Under the pieces are notes generated by a model. It worked only from the letters and a program-made list of their open reading frames with translations. It searched no databases and was not told where the DNA came from. 64,000 nucleotides of DNA from an uncultured Pelagibacteraceae bacterium (GTDB lineage: Bacteria > Pseudomonadota > Alphaproteobacteria > Pelagibacterales > Pelagibacteraceae). The stretch covers positions 18,413 to 82,412 of the forward strand of contig CACJYQ010000001.1 in assembly GCA_902597725.1 (NCBI GenBank). Reading direction: 5' to 3'. This document shows, piece after piece, positions 9,232 to 18,729 of the stretch (its first letter is position 1; every line of letters begins with the position of its first letter). Position numbers and translations under genes: made by a program.

Positions 9232-10419
9232 TTATTGATAAATATAGTCTCTAGTCACAGGTGTTGAACTATAATTTTTAGTAAGTTGAAATTGATATAC
9301 AACTTGATCTCCCCACTTGAATGCCATTTCACAACCAGCAAGATAAAATTCCCACATTCTAAAAAATTTTTCGTCAAACATTTGGATAATTTTCTCTTTA
9401 TTCTTTAAACAATTTTCTTTCCAATGTCTCAACGTATGTGCGTAATGAAGCCTTAAAACCTCAATATCTGTCACTATTAATCCAGCTTTTTCAATAGGGT
9501 TGGTTACTTCGCTTAAACTCGGAGTATAACCACCAGGAAAAATATATTTCGTGATCCATGGGTGAGGATCTCTTGGAGGATTTACAGATCCAATGGTGTG
9601 AATCAGTGAAACCCCATCATCTTTCAACATTTTTTCGATTTGTTTGAAAAATTTTTTATAAAATTTCCTTCCAACATGTTCAAACATCCCAACACTTACA
9701 ATTCTATCAAATTTTTCATTTAACTCTCTATAATCCATTAGTTTGAACTTTACTTGATTCTCTAAATTCAGTTCTTTAGCTTTTTGGTTACAATAATTAA
9801 GTTGGTTCTCTGATAAAGTAATACCTGTCACTTCACATTGAGCACTTTTGGCTATATCGATGGCGAGTGAACCCCAGCCACAACCAATATCTAAAACTTT
9901 TTGATTAGGTTTTATATTTAATTTTTTAATTATATGTTGAATTTTATTATTTTGAGCTGTTTCTAAACTATCATTTTCATTTTTAAAATATGCACAAGAA
10001 TATTGTCTTTTTGGATCTAAAAATAAGTCATACAAGTCATCTTTAATATCATAATGATGGGATACATTCATTTTGGATTTTTTAATAAAATTAAAGTTAG
10101 TTAAATATCTATATGATCCCCTTAATCTATTGATTAAATAACTGAAAAAGTTTAATTCTCCCCTTCCAAAATTCATTAATGCAAGATCTAAAAAATCAGT
10201 AAGAGTGCCGTTTTCAATTACAATTTCACCATTAGTATATGCCTCACCAAAATATAGATCAGGATGGAATAACAATTTATAATGAAGATTCTTATTTAAA
10301 ATTTTTAACTTAATAGGGTTATTGTCTGGTTGTCCTATAATGTAATCTTTAGAATTAGCATCAGTTAATACAAAACCACCTTTTTTAAAAACTTTATTAA
10401 GAAATCTTGCTAATTGCAT
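9232..10419 (-). CDS. cfa: Cyclopropane-fatty-acyl-phospholipid synthase family methyltransferase
   Basis: HHYD, YSCAYF, LDIGCGWG, SVGMFEHVG, YIFPGG, RMWEFYL. Confidence 0.92.
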   Translation of the reverse strand: MQLARFLNKVFKKGGFVLTDANSKDYIIGQPDNNPIKLKILNKNLHYKLLFHPDLYFGEAYTNGEIVIENGTLTDFLDLALMNFGRGELNFFSYLINRLRGSYRYLTNFNFIKKSKMNVSHHYDIKDDLYDLFLDPKRQYSCAYFKNENDSLETAQNNKIQHIIKKLNIKPNQKVLDIGCGWGSLAIDIAKSAQCEVTGITLSENQLNYCNQKAKELNLENQVKFKLMDYRELNEKFDRIVSVGMFEHVGRKFYKKFFKQIEKMLKDDGVSLIHTIGSVNPPRDPHPWITKYIFPGGYTPSLSEVTNPIEKAGLIVTDIEVLRLHYAHTLRHWKENCLKNKEKIIQMFDEKFFRMWEFYLAGCEMAFKWGDQVVYQFQLTKNYSSTPVTRDYIYQ

Positions 10420-10420
10420 T

Positions 10421-11305
10421 TTATGCTGCCAAAGTTGATTTGTTATAAAACTCTAAGTCCTTTAATCTACTCATTAATTCTTCTTCATCATTTCGATTTA
10501 AGAGACTTAGTGGTGGTAAAATATTTCTATATATGTTGTCATTTTGAGCACAGTAAGTGTGTAAACCTGAAATAAGATTATATTTGTCAAAAGTGCTTCT
10601 TACATCACATAACTTATCATTATGTAACTGCTTTTTTCTTGAAAAAAAATCATCATAAACCTTCCTGGATAATTCTGCTGTAACGTTGCATGTTGCAGTT
10701 ATTATACCAGAACACCCTAATTCCAAACCTTTTAACAATTTAGTCTCTGAACCTGGTAAAATAGAAAAATTTTTAAGCTTTAAATTTTCATACAAATTAT
10801 AAGAGCTATCTTTTACTCCAATTATTTGTTCTGGAAATTTATTAACGAGTGTTTCTACACACTGCAAACTAAATTTATAACCACTTAGTTTTTCAAAATT
10901 ATAAAGAATAATTTTACAATTTGGCACGGAATTAATTATTCTAGAATAAAAATCCAAAACCTCTGTATCACCATAACTATAATAAGCGGGAGGCATGATT
11001 AAAAATTTATTTAGGTTCAATGAAATTGCTATTTTCATAAAATTTATTGTTTCACCTAAAGAGTTTAGACCTGTGCCAATTATATGTTTGTCTTGATATT
11101 TACTCTTTGAGAGATTGTTAAGTAAGTCAATTTTTTCTGAAATAGGTATTAATTGAGACTGACCTGTGCTGCCAAATATTACTGTGCCGTGACAGCCTTG
11201 ATCGATTAGCTTCTCAGCATGTATTATTGTTTTTTCGACGTTCAGGCTTAAATCATTGTTAAGCACTGACATCGAAGCAGCAAAAATTCCACTTATTTTT
11301 GTCAT
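10421..11305 (-). CDS. Dihydrodipicolinate synthase family class I aldolase (probably not true DapA)
   Basis: GSTGQ, PPAYY, LYN, GVKDSS Schiff-base Lys. Confidence 0.85.
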   Translation of the reverse strand: MTKISGIFAASMSVLNNDLSLNVEKTIIHAEKLIDQGCHGTVIFGSTGQSQLIPISEKIDLLNNLSKSKYQDKHIIGTGLNSLGETINFMKIAISLNLNKFLIMPPAYYSYGDTEVLDFYSRIINSVPNCKIILYNFEKLSGYKFSLQCVETLVNKFPEQIIGVKDSSYNLYENLKLKNFSILPGSETKLLKGLELGCSGIITATCNVTAELSRKVYDDFFSRKKQLHNDKLCDVRSTFDKYNLISGLHTYCAQNDNIYRNILPPLSLLNRNDEEELMSRLKDLEFYNKSTLAA

Positions 11306-11353
11306 AATAAAAATTTATATAAAAATATACTCAGTAAAGTTTATAAATACTAT

Positions 11354-12316
11354 ATGAAAATATTAGCAATTCAGAGCAGAATGGGTATTGGAGATACCAT
11401 AATTTTCTTACCATTTATAAAGGCTTTATCCAAAAAATTTAATTCACCAATAAATATATTGGTAAAAGAAAATTCAAAAGCTAATCAATATTTACACCAA
11501 ACAAAATATATTGATAAAATTCTCATCCTAGAGAGAGATAATAAAACGAATAATAGACATAGTGGTTTTTTTGGTATTTTTAAATTAGCAACAGATTTAA
11601 AAAAGTATAAGTTTGATAAAATTTTTATTTTTAATTCATCTTTAAGATTTAACTTAATTGCTAAAATATCAGGTATTCCACAAATTTACCAATATCCATT
11701 GTTCACAAAAAACAAACAACACATAATTGAAGCTCCTAAAAAATTTTTAAAAGAAAATTTAAATTTAGACATTAATGAAGATCCTGAAGTACAAATCGAT
11801 AATGATTCAATTTCTAAAGCAGCACAAAAATTTCAAATAGATAAAAATACTACAAATATTCTCTTGGGCATAGGCGGTTCTGGACCTACAAAAAGAATTC
11901 CTGCGAAAACTTTCTTAAGTGTAATTGATAAAATATCAAATATAAAAAATTGCAGATTTTTTCTTGCAACAGGTAAGGCAACTGAAGAACAGGAAGTGTT
12001 AAACGAAATTTTACAGTCTAAATTTAAGAATTTTTGTACTCGTTTAGATAATTTTACTATCAGTGAAATTTTACCATTAATTAAGAATTGTAATGTATCC
12101 ATTTGTAATGACTCGAGCTTTAGTCATTTATCCTCAGCTTTAGGTATTAAAACGATTACTTTAATGGCTGATACTCCCTTAATTTATGGAAATTATAGCT
12201 CAAGAATGTTCCCAATAATTCCAGAGGGAGAAAGCACAGTCACGCATAATACTTTGGGTAAAGATAAAATTGATCCACAAAAAATTTTTGAGAGATTTTT
12301 AGAAATTATTGCTTAA
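11354..12316 (+). CDS. Glycosyltransferase family 9 (heptosyltransferase-like)
   Basis: GIGD N-terminal motif, CNDSSFSHLSSALG. Confidence 0.85.
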   Translation: MKILAIQSRMGIGDTIIFLPFIKALSKKFNSPINILVKENSKANQYLHQTKYIDKILILERDNKTNNRHSGFFGIFKLATDLKKYKFDKIFIFNSSLRFNLIAKISGIPQIYQYPLFTKNKQHIIEAPKKFLKENLNLDINEDPEVQIDNDSISKAAQKFQIDKNTTNILLGIGGSGPTKRIPAKTFLSVIDKISNIKNCRFFLATGKATEEQEVLNEILQSKFKNFCTRLDNFTISEILPLIKNCNVSICNDSSFSHLSSALGIKTITLMADTPLIYGNYSSRMFPIIPEGESTVTHNTLGKDKIDPQKIFERFLEIIA

Positions 12317-12816
12317 GAAATATCGTTTAGCACAATATCTTTAGCCTCATTCACAATTGAGGATAATCTTGAAGTTTCAGGAGATATGTCAGGATGAATC
12401 TTTTTTTGGATTTTTATATATGCTTTATTAACTTCTTCTTTGGTTACTTTTTTATTCATATCTAAATTTAAAATTTTGTATGCCTCTGAAACTGATATAG
12501 ACGATACGTTATTGGTACCTGCTTGGTTAAAAGAAAAGCGACCAGATCTTCTTAATGTCTGAATAAGTCTAAAAAGAGAAATTAATTGGAAAATAGATAA
12601 ACCTTTTAATTTTAATAAAGCTAAACTTGCCAAAGTAAGAGGTAGGGTTAATAAAAATTTTCCGCCAATAGCAAACAATACTGCTAAAGCAATTAATCCT
12701 AATATAATTAAAAATCTTAGACCCTTTGAAATTTTCCTAGATGAAATATTAGTTATAAAACGTAACAGAAAATAAAAAATGGTTAATATAACCACTGTAT
12801 AAATTATTATATTCAT
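12313..12816 (-). CDS. Membrane-anchored J-domain protein
   Basis: N-terminal TM segments, C-terminal EAYKILNL...IHPD; ATG at 12816 preferred over the track start that overlaps ptrB. Confidence 0.8.
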   Translation of the reverse strand: MNIIIYTVVILTIFYFLLRFITNISSRKISKGLRFLIILGLIALAVLFAIGGKFLLTLPLTLASLALLKLKGLSIFQLISLFRLIQTLRRSGRFSFNQAGTNNVSSISVSEAYKILNLDMNKKVTKEEVNKAYIKIQKKIHPDISPETSRLSSIVNEAKDIVLNDIS

Positions 12817-12830
12817 ATATTTTTGACCTA

Positions 12831-14906
12831 ATGAAAATACCACAACTTAAAAAAAAACCAGAGCTTAAATCTTGTCACAATACCACTTGGGAAGATAATT
12901 ATAGTTGGATCCATCAGGATAATATTCTTGAGGTTTTAAAAGATAGTTCCAAGCTACTTCCAGATGTTAGGAAATATCTAGAAGAAGAAAATAATTTTAC
13001 AGAACATAATTTAAAAGACACAAAAAAATATCAGAAAATCTTATTTGATGAAATAAAAGGTAGAATTAAGTTAGATGATGAGTCATTAAAATTTAAAGAT
13101 AAAGAATATGAATATTGGACCAAAACAACTGCGGTAGGAAATTATTCGATAAAACTTAGAAAGAAAATTGGAAGTGATACTGTTGAAGAATTTTGGAATG
13201 GTGATGTAGAAAAAGAGAAACTAAAAACTGAATATTTCGGTGTAGGTGATTTAGAGGTAAGTTATAATGACAAACTTTTAGGTTATTCTTTAGACTTAAA
13301 AGGATCTGAATATTATACAATTTACATAAGAAATATTGCCTCAGAAAAATTAGTCACCGAGAAAATAGAAGAAACAAGTGGAAGTATTGCTTTTAGTTTG
13401 GACGACCAATATTTTTTTTATTCAAAGCTTGATGAATTTCATAGACCAAGAAAAATATTTAGACACAAAATTGGATCATCAGTCAAAGATGATGAGCTTA
13501 TTTTTGAAGAGAAAAGTGAGGCATTTACTGTGGGCATAAGTTTGAGTTCAGACGAAAAATATTTTTTTATAACAACATCGGATCATAATACTTCCGAACA
13601 ATACTACTTTGGGGTAACAGAAAAAAAACCAAAACCAAAATTAATTAAAAAAAGAAAAAAAGGTGTAATTTATTCAGTAAATTCTTGGGGTGGATATTTT
13701 TATTGTCATACTAATGATAACGCAGAGGATTTCAAAATTGAAAGTTGTGAAGATTTATCAAATCAAAAATGGGAAATTTATATAGCTGCTAAAGAGGAAG
13801 TTTTAATTGGAGGATTAATTTTTTTAAACGATTGGATTATCAGAGGAGAAAAATCGAATGCATTAGGAAAATTATTTGTAAGAAATAAACAAACAGGAAT
13901 CGAGGAAGAATTAAAATTTACTGACGAAACTGTGATTGTGCCCAGTGTTTCGTTGATACAAAGAAATAAAGATACTGACTTAGTTTACTTGTCATATTCT
14001 TCCCCGAAAACACCAGGTAGAACTTATTTATACAATTTAAAAACAAAAGAAAAAAAATTAGTAAAAGAACAAGAAATACCATCTGGTCATAATCCAGATG
14101 ATTATATAGTCGAAAGACTAGAGTGCCCTTCACATGATGGAAGATTAGTTCCACTTACAATTACCAGACACAAAAAAACAAAAATTAATGGTTCAGCAAA
14201 TTTACTTTTATATGGCTATGGGTCATATGGAAGTTCAATGACTCCAGATTTTTCCTCAACTAGATTGAGTTTAGTTGACAGAGATATTATTTGGGTAACT
14301 GCACATATTAGAGGAGGAATGGAAAAAGGAATGAAATGGTGGAAAGAAGGTAAGCTTCTAAATAAAAAAAATACATTTGAAGATTATATACACGTAGCAA
14401 AGTTTTTGATTGAAAAAGGATATTCATCGAAAGGAAAAATTATTGGTATGGGTGGATCAGCTGGTGGTTTGTTAATGGGAGCAGTAGTCAATCAATCCCC
14501 GGAATTATTTCTTGGAATTGTTATGGCAGTGCCGTTTGTTGACTCATTAACAACTAACTTGGATCATTCTTTGCCCCTTACTGTTGGAGAATTTGATGAA
14601 TTCGGAAATGCAAAAGATAAAAAAGAACATTTTGATTATATTTATTCTTATGCTCCATATAATAATATTAAAAAAATGGATTACCCTCACATGTTAATTA
14701 CTACAAGCTTAAGTGATAATAGAGTGCTATTCGATGAACCAGCAAAATTTACAGCTAAACTTAGAGATTTAAAAACTGATAATAAATTGCTTTTGTTGAA
14801 AACTGAAATGAATGCAGGTCACGGAGGTAAGTCAGGTAGAGATGGTGCAATTGAAGAAATAGCTTTTGACTACGCATTTATTTTAAAGATCTCTGAAAAA
14901 ATTTAA
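12831..14906 (+). CDS. ptrB: Oligopeptidase B (S9A)
   Basis: DNYSW, YGYGSYG, GGSAGG, DNRV, AGHGG catalytic motifs. Confidence 0.93.
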   Translation: MKIPQLKKKPELKSCHNTTWEDNYSWIHQDNILEVLKDSSKLLPDVRKYLEEENNFTEHNLKDTKKYQKILFDEIKGRIKLDDESLKFKDKEYEYWTKTTAVGNYSIKLRKKIGSDTVEEFWNGDVEKEKLKTEYFGVGDLEVSYNDKLLGYSLDLKGSEYYTIYIRNIASEKLVTEKIEETSGSIAFSLDDQYFFYSKLDEFHRPRKIFRHKIGSSVKDDELIFEEKSEAFTVGISLSSDEKYFFITTSDHNTSEQYYFGVTEKKPKPKLIKKRKKGVIYSVNSWGGYFYCHTNDNAEDFKIESCEDLSNQKWEIYIAAKEEVLIGGLIFLNDWIIRGEKSNALGKLFVRNKQTGIEEELKFTDETVIVPSVSLIQRNKDTDLVYLSYSSPKTPGRTYLYNLKTKEKKLVKEQEIPSGHNPDDYIVERLECPSHDGRLVPLTITRHKKTKINGSANLLLYGYGSYGSSMTPDFSSTRLSLVDRDIIWVTAHIRGGMEKGMKWWKEGKLLNKKNTFEDYIHVAKFLIEKGYSSKGKIIGMGGSAGGLLMGAVVNQSPELFLGIVMAVPFVDSLTTNLDHSLPLTVGEFDEFGNAKDKKEHFDYIYSYAPYNNIKKMDYPHMLITTSLSDNRVLFDEPAKFTAKLRDLKTDNKLLLLKTEMNAGHGGKSGRDGAIEEIAFDYAFILKISEKI

Positions 14907-14915
14907 ATTTGATAT

Positions 14916-14943
14916 CTTGAAAAAAAAAAAATAATTCCCATTT
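14916..14943 (+). promoter_or_regulatory. Sigma32 (RpoH) promoter of hsp20
   Basis: CTTGAA-N15-CCCATTT matches the RpoH consensus and precedes a small heat-shock gene. Confidence 0.85.
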
Positions 14944-14946
14944 AAA

Positions 14947-15009
14947 TATTGTTAGTTGCCTAATGGGGCTAACAATAAATAAACTTGCTTAACAAAGGAG
15001 GATATTATG
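14947..15009 (+). ncRNA. ROSE-like RNA thermometer in the hsp20 5' UTR
   Basis: Hairpin TATTGTTAG/CTAACAATA, then CTTGCTT-AACA-AAGGAG: UUGCU motif pairs with the SD leaving a bulged G. Confidence 0.65.
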
Positions 15010-15453
15010 ACAAGTAAGGATTTATCTATTTTCAACTCACTGAGACCTTTTTCAATTGGTTTTGACGATATGTTTGACCAATTTGAAAACATGCTTGGTA
15101 ATGGTTCTTTGACTATGCAGTCAAACTACCCACCTTATAACATCAGAAAAACTGGTAAGGATAATTATGCAATCGAAGTTGCTTTAGCTGGTTTTAATAA
15201 AAACGATGTTGAAGTTGAGTTTGAAGATAATTTATTAACTGTAAGAACTAAACAAGTTAATAAATCTGAAAATAATAATGCTGATGGAGAAATAATTCAC
15301 AAAGGTATTTCTCAAAGACAATTTGCCAGATCATTTACTATAGCTGACGATGTGAAAGTTAATGGTGCTGAGTTAAAAGATGGTCTTTTAACAATATCTT
15401 GTGAAAGAATTGTTCCTGAGCATAAAAAAAGAAAACTTATTGAAATTAAATAA
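15007..15453 (+). CDS. ibpA: Small heat shock protein Hsp20 (IbpA-like)
   Basis: IGFD, NYPPYNI, ALAGF, HKGISQRQFARSF, LKDGLL; strong AGGAGG SD. Confidence 0.93.
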   Translation: MTSKDLSIFNSLRPFSIGFDDMFDQFENMLGNGSLTMQSNYPPYNIRKTGKDNYAIEVALAGFNKNDVEVEFEDNLLTVRTKQVNKSENNNADGEIIHKGISQRQFARSFTIADDVKVNGAELKDGLLTISCERIVPEHKKRKLIEIK

Positions 15454-15460
15454 GTATACC

Positions 15461-15491
15461 TTACTTGCGGAGATAAATTCTCCGCAGGTAA
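15461..15491. terminator. Hairpin between convergent genes, probable bidirectional terminator
   Basis: TTACTTGCGGAGA-TAAAT-TCTCCGCAGGTAA, 13-bp stem with one G-T. Confidence 0.75.
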
Positions 15492-15797
15492 TCAAAAGCA
15501 ACCGTTAGAAACAAATCCAATAACAATCAATTTTGCATCTACTTCAAACCTTCTTTCGCAAGGTATTCCGTATTTTTTTGTGTTATAAACTAAAACTAAA
15601 TTTCCTTTTTCATTTTTAAAATCTTCATCTGGACTACCTAAGCTGCTTTTTAAATCCTGAGAGGATTTACCTATAAATGCACTTAATTTTTTATTTTCCT
15701 TCTCAACAATAGCGTCAGTTTTTTGCTTAATTGTCTGACAACCCAATAAAGAAAATATTATAAATACACTTAGAATTGAGATCTTAATTTTTTTCAT
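15492..15797 (-). CDS. Hypothetical lipoprotein
   Basis: Signal peptide with LLGC lipobox; LGSPD motif and a Cys pair. Confidence 0.75.
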   Translation of the reverse strand: MKKIKISILSVFIIFSLLGCQTIKQKTDAIVEKENKKLSAFIGKSSQDLKSSLGSPDEDFKNEKGNLVLVYNTKKYGIPCERRFEVDAKLIVIGFVSNGCF

Positions 15798-15923
15798 AAT
15801 TTTATAATAACAACCTAATTATGGCATAAATATAAACTTGTGGGTTGAATATTGTTAATAAGAATTAGTTTTGACGGGCAATATAAGAGAGAATCAAATA
15901 TTTTTAGGCTTATAGGAGGATAA

Positions 15924-17234
15924 ATGCTTGAAAAATATTTTGAATATAAAAAACATAAAACTGATTTTAAAACTGAAGTAATTGCAGGAACAACAACGTT
16001 CCTCACAATGGCTTACATAATGTTTTTAAATCCGTTCATCTTATCAGGTGAATTCGCCGGCCCTGAAAAAGGTTTTTTTGATTTCGGCGCAGTCTACACA
16101 GCAACTATTTTAGCAACTGCTTTAGCTTGTTTCATAATGGCCTTTTACGGAAAAACTTGGCCAATTGGACTTGCTCCAGGTATGGGTATTAATGCATTTG
16201 TTGCTTTTGGAGTTTGTGCTGGCATGGGTTATACGCCACAAGAAGCTCTTGGTGCAGTTTTGGTTGCGGGGGTATTGTTCTTAATCATCTCACTTACACC
16301 GATAAGAGCCTGGTTGATCAACTCAATTCCAAAAAGTTTAAAACTAGGAATTGGTGCGGGTATTGGATTATTTCTTGCAATAATTGGATTACAAATTATG
16401 GAAGTAGTAGTTGATAATCCTGTAACACTAGTACAACTTGGAAATTTAAGCGACCCTTTAGTACTTCTTGGATGCGCAACATTTATTGCAATTATCGTGC
16501 TTGAAAAAATGAATGTTAAAGGAAATATCATTATAGGTATTTTATTTTTTAGTGTTATTGCTTGGGCTACTGGTCTGGCTAAATTTAATGGTTTAGCAAG
16601 TGCGCCACCTCCGATGACATACCTTTTTGAATTTGACTTGTCCGCTGCCATGACTGCTGGAATGTCTACAGTAATATTTACTTTATTATTCATAGATTTC
16701 TTTGATACAGCTGGAACATTAACTTCTGTTGCAAACGTTGCAGGAAAAGTTGATAAACAAGGAAAAGTTGAAGACATTAATAAAGCAATGTTGTCTGACA
16801 GCGTTGGGACTGTTGCGGGTGCCATGATGGGAACAACAACTGTTACTAGTTATGTTGAGTCAGGTGCTGGCGTAAAGGCAGGTGGTAAAACTGGGATGAC
16901 TTCTCTTGTGATAGGTATATTGTTTTTAGCATGTATATTTTTTGCGCCTCTTGCTACAAGTTTGCCTAAACAAATCGATGGTGCGGCTTTACTTTTTGTT
17001 TCTGTTTTATTTATTAGAAATATTACCGACATAGAATGGAATGACATTTCAGAGTCAGCTCCAGCAATTTTAGCTATGATTGCTATGCCATTAACTTATA
17101 GTATCAGTAATGGAATTGCTTTAGCGTTTGTTTCATATGCTTTAATAAAAATATTTACTGGGAAATTTTCAAATACTTCTCCAGCAATATGGGTTGTTGC
17201 TATTCTTAGTGTTGTAAGTTTTGCTGTAAGCTAA
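15924..17234 (+). CDS. NCS2/AzgA-family purine nucleobase permease
   Basis: TTFLTMAYI, LAPGMG, DFFDTAGT, TSYVESGAG, PLTYSI; strong SD. Confidence 0.92.
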   Translation: MLEKYFEYKKHKTDFKTEVIAGTTTFLTMAYIMFLNPFILSGEFAGPEKGFFDFGAVYTATILATALACFIMAFYGKTWPIGLAPGMGINAFVAFGVCAGMGYTPQEALGAVLVAGVLFLIISLTPIRAWLINSIPKSLKLGIGAGIGLFLAIIGLQIMEVVVDNPVTLVQLGNLSDPLVLLGCATFIAIIVLEKMNVKGNIIIGILFFSVIAWATGLAKFNGLASAPPPMTYLFEFDLSAAMTAGMSTVIFTLLFIDFFDTAGTLTSVANVAGKVDKQGKVEDINKAMLSDSVGTVAGAMMGTTTVTSYVESGAGVKAGGKTGMTSLVIGILFLACIFFAPLATSLPKQIDGAALLFVSVLFIRNITDIEWNDISESAPAILAMIAMPLTYSISNGIALAFVSYALIKIFTGKFSNTSPAIWVVAILSVVSFAVS

Positions 17235-17241
17235 ATAAAAT

Positions 17242-17270
17242 TTAACGGGGCTAGTTTCTAGCTCCGTTAA
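17242..17270. terminator. Bidirectional terminator hairpin
   Basis: TTAACGGGGCTAG-TTT-CTAGCTCCGTTAA between convergent permease and PRTase. Confidence 0.8.
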
Positions 17271-17788
17271 CCAGTTTTTTTTATAATTTCTTCAATAGAA
17301 AGTTCTTCATAATGTTCTGTTGGCTGAACGATCCAGGGATCAGAGTCTAGTTTAATTGGACAAAAGTCTGGCTCAAAAGAAGATGATTTTTTTTTCCATA
17401 AACAAGCAGTTTTAATTTCTTTAATAAATTTTTTTGTTGGCTCGTAACCTTTCAACCATTCAATGCTTTTGTTTAGTGTTAGTCCTGTATCTGACAAATC
17501 ATCGATTAAAAGAATTTTTTCAAAATCTTCATCTTTAGCCAGAGAACTTATTTCTCTTGCAAACATTAGTTCACCTTGTTGGTCCTCTTGTCCTTTTCCT
17601 GTATAACTTTGAATAACAATGTACGCTATCGGAAGTTTTAATATCCTTGAGAGAATATCAATTATAGGTGCTGCCCCTCTCATTATTCCAACCAACACTG
17701 TGGGTTTGTAATTGTTATGGATTTCAATAGCTAATTTCTCAACTATTTTGATATATTCTTCAAAACTAACTATTAATTTATCTGCCAT
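17267..17788 (-). CDS. Type I phosphoribosyltransferase, probably purine salvage
   Basis: GIMRGA, LLIDDLSDTGLTL PRPP loop, WIVQP; start MADKL at 17788 preferred. Confidence 0.85.
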   Translation of the reverse strand: MADKLIVSFEEYIKIVEKLAIEIHNNYKPTVLVGIMRGAAPIIDILSRILKLPIAYIVIQSYTGKGQEDQQGELMFAREISSLAKDEDFEKILLIDDLSDTGLTLNKSIEWLKGYEPTKKFIKEIKTACLWKKKSSSFEPDFCPIKLDSDPWIVQPTEHYEELSIEEIIKKTG

Positions 17789-17837
17789 AAATTTTTTTAT
17801 CATATAAAAAAAATTAAAAAAGATTAAAAAAGGCATT

Positions 17838-18728
17838 ATGAAAATTTTTGATTGTTTTATGTATTTTAACGAGGAGGTTCTTTTAGATCTTAGACTTAAT
17901 ATATTAGATAAATATGTTGATTATTTTGTAATAGTTGAAAGTAGCTTCACACACAAAGGTGATAAGAGGAGTCTTCAATTTAATAGTAAAAAATTCGAAA
18001 AGTTCAAAGAAAAGATTATTTATTTGGTATACGATAATAAACCTAAAGATATTAAAGAAATTTTAAGTAACGATAATGAGGATATTAAATCAGAAAAATA
18101 TATATCAAATTCAATTTTACAAGAGAATGAACAAAGAAACTTTATTCTTAATGGATTAAAAGATGCCAAAGAAGAAGATTTAATTTTAATCTCAGATGTA
18201 GATGAAATACCTAACTTAGAAGGATTAGAGATTAACAAGATTGATCAAAAAATAATTATGTTTAGACAAGAAATGTTTTACTATAAATTTAATCTAAAAT
18301 TACCTAACTTTTTTTGGACAGGAACAAGAGCTTGTAAAAAGAAGTATTTAAAATCTCCTCAATGGTTGAGAAATATAAAGGTCAGAAAATATTCCTTTTT
18401 TAGATTTGATGTTTTATTTTCTAAGACAAAATTTATAAACATAAAAATAATAGATAATGGAGGGTGGCATTTTACTTACTTAAAAAATGCAGATGAAATC
18501 GAACATAAACTTAGGTCATACTTACATCATAGAGAATTTGACTTAAATCCTATTTCAATCGACGAAATTAACAATATCATTAAAAATAAAATTGCAATTT
18601 ATGATCTAACTTTAGATAAAAGGGCTCAAAAAATAGGTCATGGTAAAAAACTTGAAAAATATCCTCTAGACAAATTACCAAAGTTTTTGATAGATAATTT
18701 GCATAATTACCAAGAATGGATTGATTAA
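17838..18728 (+). CDS. Glycosyltransferase family 17 (MGAT3-like) protein
   Basis: IFDCFMYFNE, VDYFVIVES, EQRN, SDVDEIP, GGWHF. Confidence 0.8.
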   Translation: MKIFDCFMYFNEEVLLDLRLNILDKYVDYFVIVESSFTHKGDKRSLQFNSKKFEKFKEKIIYLVYDNKPKDIKEILSNDNEDIKSEKYISNSILQENEQRNFILNGLKDAKEEDLILISDVDEIPNLEGLEINKIDQKIIMFRQEMFYYKFNLKLPNFFWTGTRACKKKYLKSPQWLRNIKVRKYSFFRFDVLFSKTKFINIKIIDNGGWHFTYLKNADEIEHKLRSYLHHREFDLNPISIDEINNIIKNKIAIYDLTLDKRAQKIGHGKKLEKYPLDKLPKFLIDNLHNYQEWID

Positions 18729-18729
18729 T

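Noticed and set aside
15798-15923. Canonical purine riboswitch or sigma54 promoter before the permease
   Set aside because: No purine aptamer core motifs seen; TGGCAT is not followed by TTGC at the correct spacing
16229-16825. 198-aa antisense ORF within the NCS2 permease
   Set aside because: In-register shadow ORF of a Gly/Ala-rich gene; no recognisable motifs. The same applies to the other short nested antisense ORFs in the track
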